Below are positions 1 to 9,372 of a stretch of DNA of 37,292 bases, piece after piece (positions within the stretch are counted from its first letter, which is position 1; each line of letters opens with the position of its first letter). The stretch lies in assembly GCA_016290715.1 (NCBI GenBank), contig JAEEUY010000233.1:1-37292 (forward strand), read 5' to 3'. Origin of the DNA: Bacteroidales bacterium (GTDB taxonomy: Bacteria; Bacteroidota; Bacteroidia; Bacteroidales; WCHB1-69). The position numbers and the translations under genes were made by a program. The notes below the pieces were generated by a model. The model searched no databases, was not told the DNA's origin, and saw nothing but the letters and a program-made list of their open reading frames with translations.

Positions 1-330
1 GCCACCAATGGTGAGTTGCGACTGGTAGATGCGTGTTGACCAGAATGGGGAAAAATAGTGGTCATTGTCTTCTTCGCTTTCTGGGCGCAAGGAAGAAAAG
101 TAGAAGGTGGAATCAGGAAACAATAGGGCATTGTATTCCGAGTAAGGGGTATTGATTGTCTTATTAAGTAATTGTATATCAATTGGTAATGTATCGTTCT
201 TCAGGTATTGCACCTGACTTCTCAGTTCCGCATCGGTAACTCTGACTTGAGCATAATTAGGATAAAAAACCAATGCAAGGCAGAGGAAGGAAAAGATTTT
301 AAGTTTCTGATGCAGATGGTGAGGAGTCAT
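1..330 (-). CDS. 5' part (110 codons) of a secreted protein that continues past the window edge. The PD40/TolB-like repeat start suggests the OmpA-family partner commonly found downstream of PorP/SprF genes.
   Basis: Hand translation of the minus strand from ATG at 330 gives MTPHHLHQKLKIFSFLCLALVFYPNYA|QVRVTDAELRSQ...NTPYSEYNALLFPDSTFYFSSLRPE. The frame stays open to position 1. It starts 8 nt after the stop of the upstream PorP-like ORF. It is absent from the ORF track because it is truncated. Confidence 0.55.
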   Translation of the reverse strand, partial: MTPHHLHQKLKIFSFLCLALVFYPNYAQVRVTDAELRSQVQYLKNDTLPIDIQLLNKTINTPYSEYNALLFPDSTFYFSSLRPESEEDNDHYFSPFWSTRIYQSQLTIGG

Positions 331-338
331 GGTATAAA

Positions 339-1394
339 TTACATTACATCAAATGGGCATGGTTCGTTGCCGGTATTGCGTATGGATTTCTTTTTAAATA
401 TGTAATAGAGAGAAAGTTCAAAACCGCCGCGAGCATGACTGGCTTTAACGAGTGAGGAAAAATTGATGTCGTAGCTAAGTCCTAAACGAATATTTTCCCA
501 TTGCACATGAGCGCAAACGATAAGGGCATCTCTCCAACGGTAGAACAGTCCGCCACCGGCGAAAAGATGGTTGCTGTAGTTTTTTTTATGGTATTCGTAT
601 TCAAAGTTAGTTCCAAAGACAAATTCCCGATATTGGTGCTGGAAAGCGGAATAGAACATGGGAATGATAAAGTAGTTTTGGACTATGGCAATGCGTGCAG
701 TGGCGTATGCAGTGGTCTTAATGTGCAGGGGGCTCCTGTCATCAAAAAGTGTAAGATTGGGCTGGGTGAGGTGAGATAACGCAATGCCGACATTATAGCT
801 GCTTGTTTTGTTGGGAGTTAATGACCAAGAGATGCCTGCTCCGCAATCAAAAAAAATATACTTCTCTTTCCCTAAATTCTCTGAGATGGGATTGTTTTCG
901 TGGAATTCGCCACCGACATATTGTTCGTCGAAACTTAAGGCCGCATAGTTGATACTTCTTTGCAAAAAGGCGGTATAAATGCCGATACTCAGCTTGTTGT
1001 GATTTTTTCTGTCCAATGCCTTGGTATAAGAAACATTGAGTGATCCAAGGGTATTGCTGTATCGGGAATCGCCGGCGCGATCGGTGTTCACTTGGGCGCC
1101 TAACCCGATAAAGTGCCGGCGGCTATTGCTCTTATACACAGGGGCATCAAAGGAAGCACTAAACGAAACGTATGGTTTGGTTACCGACAACCACTGGGTC
1201 TTTTGATTGATACCGCACCGAAACAATCCGTCAATGGCTCCCGTATTGGCTGGATTAAGGTAGATTGGGTTTGTGTTAAATTGCGAATAATGAATATCTT
1301 GCGCAAAAGTTAAGCGAAAAAAAGAGAGTAGCACAAAAAGGATGATGCAGTAACGGTATTTGTTTTGCCAACAATTGCGAAGAAACTTTCTCAA
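339..1394 (-). CDS. PorP/SprF-family type IX secretion membrane protein, as a possible independent product from an in-frame TTG start nested in the rarA 3' end.
   Basis: There is no ATG in any frame across the junction. In-frame TTG at 1394 would give M-RKFLRNCWQNKYRY-CIILFVLLSFF-RLTFA|Q, which has a positive n-region, an 11-aa h-region and an AxA-like c-region. A TAATTTTG box lies on the minus strand at 1479..1472. The barrel body is QW...GLGAQVNTDRAG... and the protein ends at 339. Confidence 0.45.
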   Translation of the reverse strand: MRKFLRNCWQNKYRYCIILFVLLSFFRLTFAQDIHYSQFNTNPIYLNPANTGAIDGLFRCGINQKTQWLSVTKPYVSFSASFDAPVYKSNSRRHFIGLGAQVNTDRAGDSRYSNTLGSLNVSYTKALDRKNHNKLSIGIYTAFLQRSINYAALSFDEQYVGGEFHENNPISENLGKEKYIFFDCGAGISWSLTPNKTSSYNVGIALSHLTQPNLTLFDDRSPLHIKTTAYATARIAIVQNYFIIPMFYSAFQHQYREFVFGTNFEYEYHKKNYSNHLFAGGGLFYRWRDALIVCAHVQWENIRLGLSYDINFSSLVKASHARGGFELSLYYIFKKKSIRNTGNEPCPFDVM

Positions 1395-2615
1395 TTCGTT
1401 TTCTCTCGCGTTGTTTTGTGGTTCGTAAAATTTGGTTCCACTAAGTTGTTGTGGCAGGAACTCTTGATTTACAAAATTATTGGCATAGTCGTGAGCATAT
1501 TGGTAATTTTCATGGTATCCCAAATCCTTCATCAGTTGAGTGGGGGCATTGCGCAAATGCAGAGGTACGGGCAGGTCGCCGCTTTGTTTCACACACGCCA
1601 ATGCTGAATCAATAGCCAGATAGGAAGCATTGCTTTTGGGTGATGAAGCGAGGTAAATGGCAGTCTGTGATAGTACGATACGGGCTTCGGGCATACCGAT
1701 GTTGTGCACCGCTTGAAAACAATTATTGGCTAGCAGCAAAGCGTTCGGGTTCGCATTGCCAATATCTTCAGATGCTAATATGATCATTCGGCGGGCGATG
1801 AAAAGTGGATCTTCCCCCGCCGAAAGCATTCGTGCCATCCAATAAACCGCCCCGTTAGGATCGCTGCCGCGTAGCGATTTGATGAACGCCGAGATAATAT
1901 CGTAATGGTTCTCACCCTTCTTGTCGTAGATGACCAGATTCTTTTGGATGGTTTGTTTTACAATGTCATTGGTAATAACAATACTTCCATTTTCCGGGTT
2001 GATAGCATTGATTACCAATTCAATAGCATTGATTAACTTACGGGCATCCCCTCCCGAAATGCGAAGCAGCGCCTCTTTTTCCCGAATATCTATTTTGAGG
2101 TTCAGAGTAGCTTCAATATATTGCCGTGCATGTTCGATGATTTTTTCCAGATCCTCTTTCTCCAAGTGTTTTAGGACATATACTTGACATCGGGACAGTA
2201 AAGGCGAGATGACTTCAAAAGAGGGATTTTCTGTGGTTGCCCCAATTAAGGTAACAATGCCTTGTTCAACAGCCCCTAACAACGAATCTTGTTGGGATTT
2301 TGAAAATCGATGGATCTCATCAATGAAAAGAATCGACTTGTCTGGATTTTTCTTTGCTTGTTCTATGATTTCGCGAATATCTTTTACCCCCGAGTTGATA
2401 GCGCTGAGCATATAGAAATGCGATTGGGTAAGGTGTGCGATGAGCAAAGCCAAAGTGGTTTTACCCACGCCGGGTGGTCCCCAGAAAATCATGGAATGCA
2501 GGTTGCCGCTTTCAATGGCATGACGCAAACTTGCCCCTTCGCCCATTAAGTGCGATTGACCGATATAATCTTCTAATCGTTGTGGTCTTAATATTTCTGC
2601 TAAGGGTTTTTGCAT
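339..2615 (-). CDS. rarA: Single uninterrupted reading frame. The first ~422 residues are the replication-associated recombination protein RarA/MgsA (AAA+). The frame continues without a stop into a ~336-aa PorP/SprF-family T9SS membrane protein.
   Basis: The N-terminal half carries Walker A FWGPPGVGKTTLA, Walker B LFIDEIHRF and the MgsA C-terminal helical region, ending ...ELRKFLRNCWQNKYRY at a typical RarA length. The same frame then gives CIILFVLLSFFRLTFA|QDIHYSQFNTNPIYLNPANTGA..., a PorP/SprF-type N-terminus. The ORF-track start at 2621 is TTG; ATG at 2615 (MQKPLAEIL) is the more likely start. Confidence 0.8.
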   Translation of the reverse strand: MQKPLAEILRPQRLEDYIGQSHLMGEGASLRHAIESGNLHSMIFWGPPGVGKTTLALLIAHLTQSHFYMLSAINSGVKDIREIIEQAKKNPDKSILFIDEIHRFSKSQQDSLLGAVEQGIVTLIGATTENPSFEVISPLLSRCQVYVLKHLEKEDLEKIIEHARQYIEATLNLKIDIREKEALLRISGGDARKLINAIELVINAINPENGSIVITNDIVKQTIQKNLVIYDKKGENHYDIISAFIKSLRGSDPNGAVYWMARMLSAGEDPLFIARRMIILASEDIGNANPNALLLANNCFQAVHNIGMPEARIVLSQTAIYLASSPKSNASYLAIDSALACVKQSGDLPVPLHLRNAPTQLMKDLGYHENYQYAHDYANNFVNQEFLPQQLSGTKFYEPQNNARENELRKFLRNCWQNKYRYCIILFVLLSFFRLTFAQDIHYSQFNTNPIYLNPANTGAIDGLFRCGINQKTQWLSVTKPYVSFSASFDAPVYKSNSRRHFIGLGAQVNTDRAGDSRYSNTLGSLNVSYTKALDRKNHNKLSIGIYTAFLQRSINYAALSFDEQYVGGEFHENNPISENLGKEKYIFFDCGAGISWSLTPNKTSSYNVGIALSHLTQPNLTLFDDRSPLHIKTTAYATARIAIVQNYFIIPMFYSAFQHQYREFVFGTNFEYEYHKKNYSNHLFAGGGLFYRWRDALIVCAHVQWENIRLGLSYDINFSSLVKASHARGGFELSLYYIFKKKSIRNTGNEPCPFDVM

Positions 2616-2633
2616 GGTCAAAGGTTATGGAAT

Positions 2634-3368
2634 TTACATGCCGCCGTCGCATTGGATTACTTGTGCGGTAATATATCCTGCTGCATCAGAGGCAAGGAAT
2701 AAGGCTATGTTGGCAATATCTTGGGGCGTTCCCAAACGGCGCAGTGCAATAGTGGATAAAAGGCTTTTGCGCATTTCGTCTGACAAATGATGGGTCATAT
2801 CAGTCTCTATAAAGCCCGGGGCAATGGCGTTGCAACGGATGTTCCGGCTTCCGATTTCCTTGGCGACAGATTTTGTTAACCCGATAATCCCCGCCTTGGA
2901 AGCAGCATAGTTGCACTGCCCTGCGTTGCCGCCTATTCCCACTACCGAACTGATGTTGATGATGGAACCGGAGCGTTGTTTCAACATGGCGGATTGCACC
3001 GCTTTGGTATAGTTGAAACAAGATTTGAGATTGGTGCTGATTACAGTGTCCCAATCGTTTTCGGTCATGCGCATCAATAGGGTATCGTGGGTGATGCCCG
3101 CATTGTTCACCAAAATGTCAATTCTGCCGAATTTTTCGATGCAACAGTGTGCCACTTTTTCCGCTTCTGAAAAAGAAGAAGCATCGGCGCAAACATATTC
3201 ATAGTTTGCACCGATGCTTTTTAATGTTTCGGCAAGGGTTGCGCTCATTTCACCACGACCTGTAAAAACAATGTTTGCGCCTTCTCGGGCAAAAGTTTCT
3301 ACAATGGCACGTCCAATGCCTCTGTTGCCTCCGGTGATTAATGCTGTCTTTCCCTCTAATATATTCAT
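2634..3368 (-). CDS. fabG: 3-oxoacyl-[acyl-carrier-protein] reductase (SDR family).
   Basis: 244 aa. It has the TGGNRGIG cofactor motif, NNAGIT, and SSVVGIGGNAGQCNYAASKAGIIGLTKSVAKE containing the YxxxK catalytic motif typical of FabG. Confidence 0.85.
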   Translation of the reverse strand: MNILEGKTALITGGNRGIGRAIVETFAREGANIVFTGRGEMSATLAETLKSIGANYEYVCADASSFSEAEKVAHCCIEKFGRIDILVNNAGITHDTLLMRMTENDWDTVISTNLKSCFNYTKAVQSAMLKQRSGSIINISSVVGIGGNAGQCNYAASKAGIIGLTKSVAKEIGSRNIRCNAIAPGFIETDMTHHLSDEMRKSLLSTIALRRLGTPQDIANIALFLASDAAGYITAQVIQCDGGM

Positions 3369-3386
3369 AATGAGTGATTTTTGTGA

Positions 3387-5495
3387 TTATTTCAAACCTC
3401 TATTTTTTAAAAGAGGTTCAATGGTTGGTTCCGCTCCACGGAATTTTTTATACAATGCCATGGGTTCTTCGGTATTACCACGTTCTAAGATGTTTGTCCT
3501 GAATGCTTTAGCAGTTTCCTGATCAAAAATGCCTTTTTCTTTGAATGGTTCAAAAGCATCATTGTCCAGAACAGCAGCCCACGTATAACTATAGTACCCG
3601 GCATCATATCCGCCAGAGAATACATGTTGGAAGTAGGTGCTCTTGTAGCGGGAAATGATTTCGGGGATTAAACCGATTTTGTTCATCGCTTGATCTTCAA
3701 ACTCAGGTAATTTGATTTCAGTCGGCTCTGTAATGGTATAGTAATCCATGTCTAAGAAAGAAGCGGCTAATAATTCAGTATTGATGAAGCCTTGTCCGTA
3801 AGTAGCTGATTCTGAAATTTTTGTAATTAATGAATCAGGAATGACTTCGCCTGTTTTATAATGTTTGGCATACATTTTCAATACTTCCGGTTCGCAAGCC
3901 CAGTGTTCAAGAAATTGGGAAGGAAGTTCTACAAAATCGCGAGATACGTTGGTGCCTGACAAAGAACGGTAGGTGCATTTTGAGAAGATGCTGTGCAAGC
4001 CGTGTCCAAATTCATGGAACATAGTCGTGGTCTCGTCAAAGTTAAGAAGCGAAGGAGTATCTCCGGTTGGTTTGGTGAAGTTGAAGACCAATGAAACGAT
4101 TGGAATGATGTTTTTGCCGTCTTTTACCGATTGTTCTCTGAAATTGGTCATCCAAGCACCGCTGCGTTTGCTTTCGCGAGGGAAGAAATCCATATAAACG
4201 ATGGCAATAACTTCATCGTTTTCAACTACTTCGTAAGCAGTAACATCGGGATGATAAGTAGGAATATCTTTATTTTCTTTTAATTGGATACCGTAAAGTT
4301 TTTCACAAACGGTAAACAAACCTTGTTTTACATTTTCCAAAGAGAAATAAGGTCTGATGACATCATCATTCAAGTCGTATTGTTCTTTGCGCAGTTTTTC
4401 GCTGTAGTAACGCCAATCGTAAGGTTGGAGTTTGTCGTTGATACCGTCGGCTTTCATCATTTTCTGGTATTGGGCAGCTTCTTTTTTGGCCTTTTCCAGT
4501 GCCGGCTTCCAAACTTGCATTAAGAGATCATTTACGGCTTGAGGTGTTTTAGCCATACAATCATCTAAAACGTAGGCGGCGTGAGATTCATAGCCAAACA
4601 TTTTGGCTCTTTCCAGTCTTAAGTTGGCAATATCGTTGATTATACCTCTGTTATCGGTGCTGTCGGATGTGCAGCGGGTAGAGTAGGCCGTCCATAACTC
4701 TTTGCGGAGTTCTCTGTTCTTGCAATTCATTAAAAATGGTTCCATGCTGGGCAGATGAATGGTGAAAACATATTTTCCTTTGGTCGCTTCATCGGCATTG
4801 CCTGCTTCGAGCGCAGCATCTAACTGGCTTTGAGGCATCCCTTCCAAATCGGCTACATTATCTACCACCAATTTGTAGTTGTTGGTGGCTTTTAAAACAT
4901 TGTTGCCATATTTGAGGGTGAGCGTAGATAATTGTTCATTGATTTCTCTGAAACGGGCTTGTTGTTCTGCTGGGATGTTGGCACCTCCGCGTACGAAGCC
5001 CTTGTAGGTTTCTTCCAACAAGCGCATCTGTTCTGCATTCAACTGCAAGTTGTCACGTTGTTCATATACGCTTTTCACTTTGGCAAACAAACCGGCATTC
5101 AAGCTGATGTTGTCCCCGTGTTGCGAAAGTTTCGGCATGATCTCTTCGGCAATGGCTTCCATCTCTTCGCTATTGCAGCATTCTGCCAAATTGAAAAATA
5201 CAGAGGAAACTTTGTTCAATAGTTCACCGCTATTTTCCAAAGCAATGATTGTGTTTTCAAAAGTAGGGGCTTCACTGTTGCTGACAATGGCTTCAATAGC
5301 CTCCGCTTGTTGTTTCATTCCTTCTTCAAAGGCAGGGATGTAATGCTCATTTTTAATTTGTTCAAATGGAGGAACACCATACGGCGTATCCCATTCCTGC
5401 ATAAACGGATTGTCGTTTTTAACTTCCGTTTTGTCCTTTTTGCATCCGCTCAAGGCGAGAGCGGCGATTACCATGACAGTGATCATTTTTTTCAT
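3387..5495 (-). CDS. dcp: M3-family peptidyl-dipeptidase (Dcp-like) lipoprotein.
   Basis: 702 aa. It has the lipobox ALALSG|C, the zinc motif FHEFGHGLH, and M3 family architecture and length. Confidence 0.85.
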   Translation of the reverse strand: MKKMITVMVIAALALSGCKKDKTEVKNDNPFMQEWDTPYGVPPFEQIKNEHYIPAFEEGMKQQAEAIEAIVSNSEAPTFENTIIALENSGELLNKVSSVFFNLAECCNSEEMEAIAEEIMPKLSQHGDNISLNAGLFAKVKSVYEQRDNLQLNAEQMRLLEETYKGFVRGGANIPAEQQARFREINEQLSTLTLKYGNNVLKATNNYKLVVDNVADLEGMPQSQLDAALEAGNADEATKGKYVFTIHLPSMEPFLMNCKNRELRKELWTAYSTRCTSDSTDNRGIINDIANLRLERAKMFGYESHAAYVLDDCMAKTPQAVNDLLMQVWKPALEKAKKEAAQYQKMMKADGINDKLQPYDWRYYSEKLRKEQYDLNDDVIRPYFSLENVKQGLFTVCEKLYGIQLKENKDIPTYHPDVTAYEVVENDEVIAIVYMDFFPRESKRSGAWMTNFREQSVKDGKNIIPIVSLVFNFTKPTGDTPSLLNFDETTTMFHEFGHGLHSIFSKCTYRSLSGTNVSRDFVELPSQFLEHWACEPEVLKMYAKHYKTGEVIPDSLITKISESATYGQGFINTELLAASFLDMDYYTITEPTEIKLPEFEDQAMNKIGLIPEIISRYKSTYFQHVFSGGYDAGYYSYTWAAVLDNDAFEPFKEKGIFDQETAKAFRTNILERGNTEEPMALYKKFRGAEPTIEPLLKNRGLK

Positions 5496-5560
5496 AAAAA
5501 AAGTTTTTAGTTATTGATATTGTTTATAATGTTTGATTTTTTTTTCTGATAATGACGGGG

Positions 5561-5568
5561 CAAATTTA
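5561..5568 (-). promoter_or_regulatory. Bacteroidetes-type -7 box (TAAATTTG on the minus strand) upstream of dcp.
   Basis: Plus-strand caaattta matches the TAnnTTTG consensus on the minus strand. It lies in the only sizeable gap (99 nt) of the long minus-strand gene array, 66 nt upstream of the dcp ATG. Confidence 0.4.
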
Positions 5569-5594
5569 AGTAAAAAAGTAATATTGTGGTATGT

Positions 5595-8417
5595 TTAAAG
5601 TTCCTCTTTTAAATATTGGGCGGTGTAGCCAATACCTTGTTGTACAATTTCTTCGGGTGTTCCGCTCGCCACGATTCTTCCTCCATTTTTACCGCCTTCC
5701 GGTCCCATATCAATGATATGGTCAGCCATCTTGATGACATCCATGTTGTGTTCAATAACGAGTACGGTATTTCCTTTGTCAACCAATTTATTGAGTACAT
5801 TGAGGAGAATATTGATGTCCTCGAAATGAAGGCCTGTTGTAGGCTCGTCTAAGATATAGAATGTCTTGCCGGTATCTTTTTTTGACAATTCCGCTGCCAG
5901 CTTGATGCGTTGTGCCTCGCCACCGGAGAGGGTGGTGGAGGGTTGTCCTAATTTAATGTAGCCTAATCCTACATTTTTGAGGGTACGTACTTTTTCAACG
6001 ATGCTTGGAATATTTTCAAAAAATGTAACCGCCGTCTCAACGTCCATTTCCAAAATGTCGTTGATGGATTTCCCTTTATATCTGATTTCTAATGTTTCAT
6101 CATTATAGCGTTTCCCATTGCATGCTTCGCAAGTTACAAATACATCGGGCAAAAAGTTCATTTCTATTGCTTTCAGTCCGCCGCCGCGGCATTCTTCACA
6201 ACGTCCGCCATTGACATTGAACGAGAACCGTCCTGGCTTGTACCCTCTGATTTTAGATTCGGGAAGTTCGGCGAAAAGTTGGCGGATCATGTCAAAAACG
6301 CCGATGTAAGTGGCTGGATTTGAGCGTGGCGTGCGCCCAATGGGCTGCTGGTTGATTTCAATCACTTTATCAATATATTGCAATCCCTCAATTTCTTCAT
6401 AGGGCATCGGTTTCTTTTCGGCGCGATAGAAGTGGTGATTTAAAATAGGGTATAGGGTTTCATTGATCAGGGTGGATTTCCCACTTCCCGAAACACCTGT
6501 GATACAGATGAATTTTCCTAAAGGGAAAGTAACATCAATGTTTTTGAGATTATTGCCGGAAGCCCCCCACAGAGTTAGATATTGGCCGTTTCCTTCGCGG
6601 CGAACGGTGGGGGTGTGGATTGTTTTCGTTCCATTTAGGTATTGTGCGGTAAGTCCGTTGTTTTTCAGAATCTCATTATAGGTGCCTGCAGCCACAATTT
6701 TCCCGCCATGGATACCTGCTCCCGGTCCGATATCAATAATATAGTCGGCGGCTTTCATCATGTCGCGGTCGTGTTCAACCACGATGACTGAATTATCTTG
6801 GTCGCGCAGTTGTTTCAGGGCTTCAATCAATTGGTGGTTATCCCGTTGGTGAAGACCAATGCTGGGTTCGTCTAAAATATAAAGCACGTTGACCAACCGG
6901 GAGCTGATTTGGGTGGCCAACCGGATACGCTGAGCCTCACCGCCGGAGAGCGCCTTGGCAGGTAAGTTTAATGAGAGATATTGAATGCCAACATCTTCCA
7001 AGAATTTTAGTCGGTATTTTATTTCTCTCAAAACCTCGTACGCAATCTTGTTTTGCTTTTCATTCAAATGATTCGGACAATCGTCAACCCATAAAATAAG
7101 GTCGGAAATGTCCATCATCGACAAATCAGCAATGTTTTTGCCCGCAATTTTGAAGTGCAGTGATTCTTTTTTGAGACGTGTGCCGCCGCATTCAGGACAA
7201 ACCATCTCATTCAAGAAACTTTGAATCCATTTGCGAATATTGGCAGGCGCACTTTCCATATCAAAATTCCGGATGAAGTTGATGATTCCTTCATAGGTGG
7301 TATTTAAGGGGGCAAGTCCAGAAAACTCACGTTTGATTTTCAACGGTTCATCCATTCCGTAGAGGATAATGTTCAGCACTTGTTCAGACAATTCGCGGAC
7401 AGGGGTGTCAAGCGTAAAGCCATATTTTTCACCCAATGCTTCTATTTGTCTGAAAATCTGACTGTTTTTATACGTTCCCATCGGGACGATAGCTCCATTT
7501 CTAATGGATTTTGTATCATCGGGGATGATCTTTTTTATATCTACTTCGCTAATGAACCCTAGCCCATTGCACTTTTCGCACGCCCCGTACGGGGAATTGA
7601 ATGAGAAGGTATTGGGTTCGGGTTCTGGATATGAAATGCCTGAGGTAGGGCACATTAAAAACTTGCTGAAGTTTTTGGCTTCTCCGGTTTCATTATCCAG
7701 AATGATGATAATCCCTTTGCCATGTTTAAGTGCCAAATGCAAACTGTTGATCAGGCGAAGTTTGGATAATTCACGGACCACCATGGTATCCACTACAATT
7801 TCAATGTCGTGGATTTTATACCGGTCAACGGCCAAGTTCAGGACCAACGGCTTGATTTCGCCATCTACGCGCACTTTTGAGAATCCTTGCTTGCGTGTGG
7901 TTTCAAACAGCTCTTTGTAATGCCCTTTTCTGCGTTTGACAATGGGTGCAAGAATCGTGATATTCTTGTTATCGTAAAGTTCCAGAATTTTGTCAATCAA
8001 TTCGTTCTCAGTATAGCGAATCATCGGCTCTCCAGTGATATAAGAGTAGGCCGTAGAAGCCCGGGCAAACAGAAGACGCAGAAAATCATACACTTCTGTA
8101 ATGGTTCCGACGGTAGAACGGGGATTTTTGTTGGTGCTTTTCTGTTCTATGGCTACCACGGGATTCAAACCGGTGATCTTATCTACGTCGGGGTGTTCGT
8201 AGTTGCCAATGAATTGCCGTGCGTATGCAGAAAAGGTTTCCATATACCGCCGCTGACCTTCGGCGAAAATGGTATCAAAAGCCAACGAAGATTTTCCACT
8301 ACCGCTAAGTCCGGTGATCACTACCAACTGGTGGTGCGGAATCTGTATGCTCACATCCTGGAGGTTGTTTTCCTTCGCGCCTACGATGTTCAAGGTGTCT
8401 TCTTCGTGGGATTTCAT
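5595..8417 (-). CDS. uvrA: Excinuclease ABC subunit A.
   Basis: 940 aa with two ABC modules. Walker A motifs are GLSGSGKSSLAF and GVSGSGKSTLI, and signature motifs are LSGGEAQR (twice). Zinc-finger motifs are CPECGG and CEACNG. The similarity pattern to UvrA is end to end. Confidence 0.97.
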   Translation of the reverse strand: MKSHEEDTLNIVGAKENNLQDVSIQIPHHQLVVITGLSGSGKSSLAFDTIFAEGQRRYMETFSAYARQFIGNYEHPDVDKITGLNPVVAIEQKSTNKNPRSTVGTITEVYDFLRLLFARASTAYSYITGEPMIRYTENELIDKILELYDNKNITILAPIVKRRKGHYKELFETTRKQGFSKVRVDGEIKPLVLNLAVDRYKIHDIEIVVDTMVVRELSKLRLINSLHLALKHGKGIIIILDNETGEAKNFSKFLMCPTSGISYPEPEPNTFSFNSPYGACEKCNGLGFISEVDIKKIIPDDTKSIRNGAIVPMGTYKNSQIFRQIEALGEKYGFTLDTPVRELSEQVLNIILYGMDEPLKIKREFSGLAPLNTTYEGIINFIRNFDMESAPANIRKWIQSFLNEMVCPECGGTRLKKESLHFKIAGKNIADLSMMDISDLILWVDDCPNHLNEKQNKIAYEVLREIKYRLKFLEDVGIQYLSLNLPAKALSGGEAQRIRLATQISSRLVNVLYILDEPSIGLHQRDNHQLIEALKQLRDQDNSVIVVEHDRDMMKAADYIIDIGPGAGIHGGKIVAAGTYNEILKNNGLTAQYLNGTKTIHTPTVRREGNGQYLTLWGASGNNLKNIDVTFPLGKFICITGVSGSGKSTLINETLYPILNHHFYRAEKKPMPYEEIEGLQYIDKVIEINQQPIGRTPRSNPATYIGVFDMIRQLFAELPESKIRGYKPGRFSFNVNGGRCEECRGGGLKAIEMNFLPDVFVTCEACNGKRYNDETLEIRYKGKSINDILEMDVETAVTFFENIPSIVEKVRTLKNVGLGYIKLGQPSTTLSGGEAQRIKLAAELSKKDTGKTFYILDEPTTGLHFEDINILLNVLNKLVDKGNTVLVIEHNMDVIKMADHIIDMGPEGGKNGGRIVASGTPEEIVQQGIGYTAQYLKEEL

Positions 8418-8420
8418 TGA

Positions 8421-9359
8421 TTATGGCTCTTTAACAGGAACTTTGATAGTGTAGGTTTTGTTTACTACGGTGAGTTTGGTGGCACGCAACCAAGGGTTTA
8501 ATTCTTTTAATTCCCGATAAGTGATGTTCTGCTCTTTGCAGAAAGCATACATGTCAGGAATAGAGGAGGAGATTTCAATTTCTTTATAATGAATAGGTTG
8601 ATACTTGGATTCGTCGGCTACGTGCACGCCATAGATATGTGGATTTTCAAAAAGCAGTTTGTAGGCAAGAATACGGTAAACGTACCTCGCTGTTTCGGGA
8701 TTGAAATACATATCCCAGTAATTGTCAATGTCTTGATTGGTCATCTGTTTTTTTACGCCACCTTCTCCCATATTGTAGGCCGCTGCTGCCAGAGCCCAAC
8801 TTCCTAACCGGTTTCTGCAACCTTGCAGGTATCGGCACGCTGCCCGCGTGGATTTTTCAATGTGATACCGTTCATCTACTTCACTGTTAATCTCTAAACC
8901 ATAGTTTTTCCCCGTGCTTTCTATGAACTGCCAAAAACCTACTGCTTTGGCAGGGGAAATCGCGTTGGACAGACTGCTTTCCGTAACACACAGGTATTTG
9001 ATGTCTTCAGGAACTCCCTGCTCTTTCAATATCTTTTCAATGATGGGGAAATATCGTGCTGCCCGCTTAAGACATAACAATGTGGTAGAGTGTTGGTAGC
9101 AAACGTTTGTCAATTCGCGGTCAAGTCCCTCCCGAACCCAATATTGATGTAAGGGAACCTCTTCTCCCGCAAAAGTTAGTTTGTCGGGAAGCGGGGGGAC
9201 GGCTAACACATTGTTGTAATAAGTCCCCGCAGTGTTTGTCGGCTCATTGTCTTTCGCAATTATCCGATTGTGTGTTATCAGGTAGCTGCATAATATAATG
9301 CAAGCCAGACTCAAGGTGCAACCGATAGAAATAATGATGAGTTTTTTCCGTTTTGCCAT
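8421..9359 (-). CDS. Membrane-anchored lytic murein transglycosylase (MltD/Slt family 1).
   Basis: 312 aa. It has an N-terminal TM anchor and the catalytic-region motif VTESSLSNAISPAKAVGFWQFIESTGKNYGL (ES...GxWQF). It ends 3 nt before the uvrA start. Confidence 0.75.
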   Translation of the reverse strand: MAKRKKLIIISIGCTLSLACIILCSYLITHNRIIAKDNEPTNTAGTYYNNVLAVPPLPDKLTFAGEEVPLHQYWVREGLDRELTNVCYQHSTTLLCLKRAARYFPIIEKILKEQGVPEDIKYLCVTESSLSNAISPAKAVGFWQFIESTGKNYGLEINSEVDERYHIEKSTRAACRYLQGCRNRLGSWALAAAAYNMGEGGVKKQMTNQDIDNYWDMYFNPETARYVYRILAYKLLFENPHIYGVHVADESKYQPIHYKEIEISSSIPDMYAFCKEQNITYRELKELNPWLRATKLTVVNKTYTIKVPVKEP

Positions 9360-9372
9360 TTCCAGTCAGATT

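Noticed and set aside
208-405. A 65-aa plus-strand ORF spanning the junction between the PorP-like gene and the next minus-strand gene.
   Set aside because: It overlaps two well-supported minus-strand CDS (a stop at 339 and a start at 330). It has no motif or promoter box.
7887-8420. A 177-aa plus-strand ORF inside uvrA. Similar long shadow ORFs lie at 7504..7920, 12343..12831, 15011..15589, 15895..16323, 16636..17001, 17443..17856, 22940..23449, 28913..29332, 31306..31686, 33139..33555 and 33874..34257.
   Set aside because: Each lies wholly inside, and antisense or out of frame to, a CDS with strong family motifs. The translations are low-complexity, rich in Cys, His and Arg or otherwise odd, and lack motifs or signal peptides. 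They are typical shadow ORFs.
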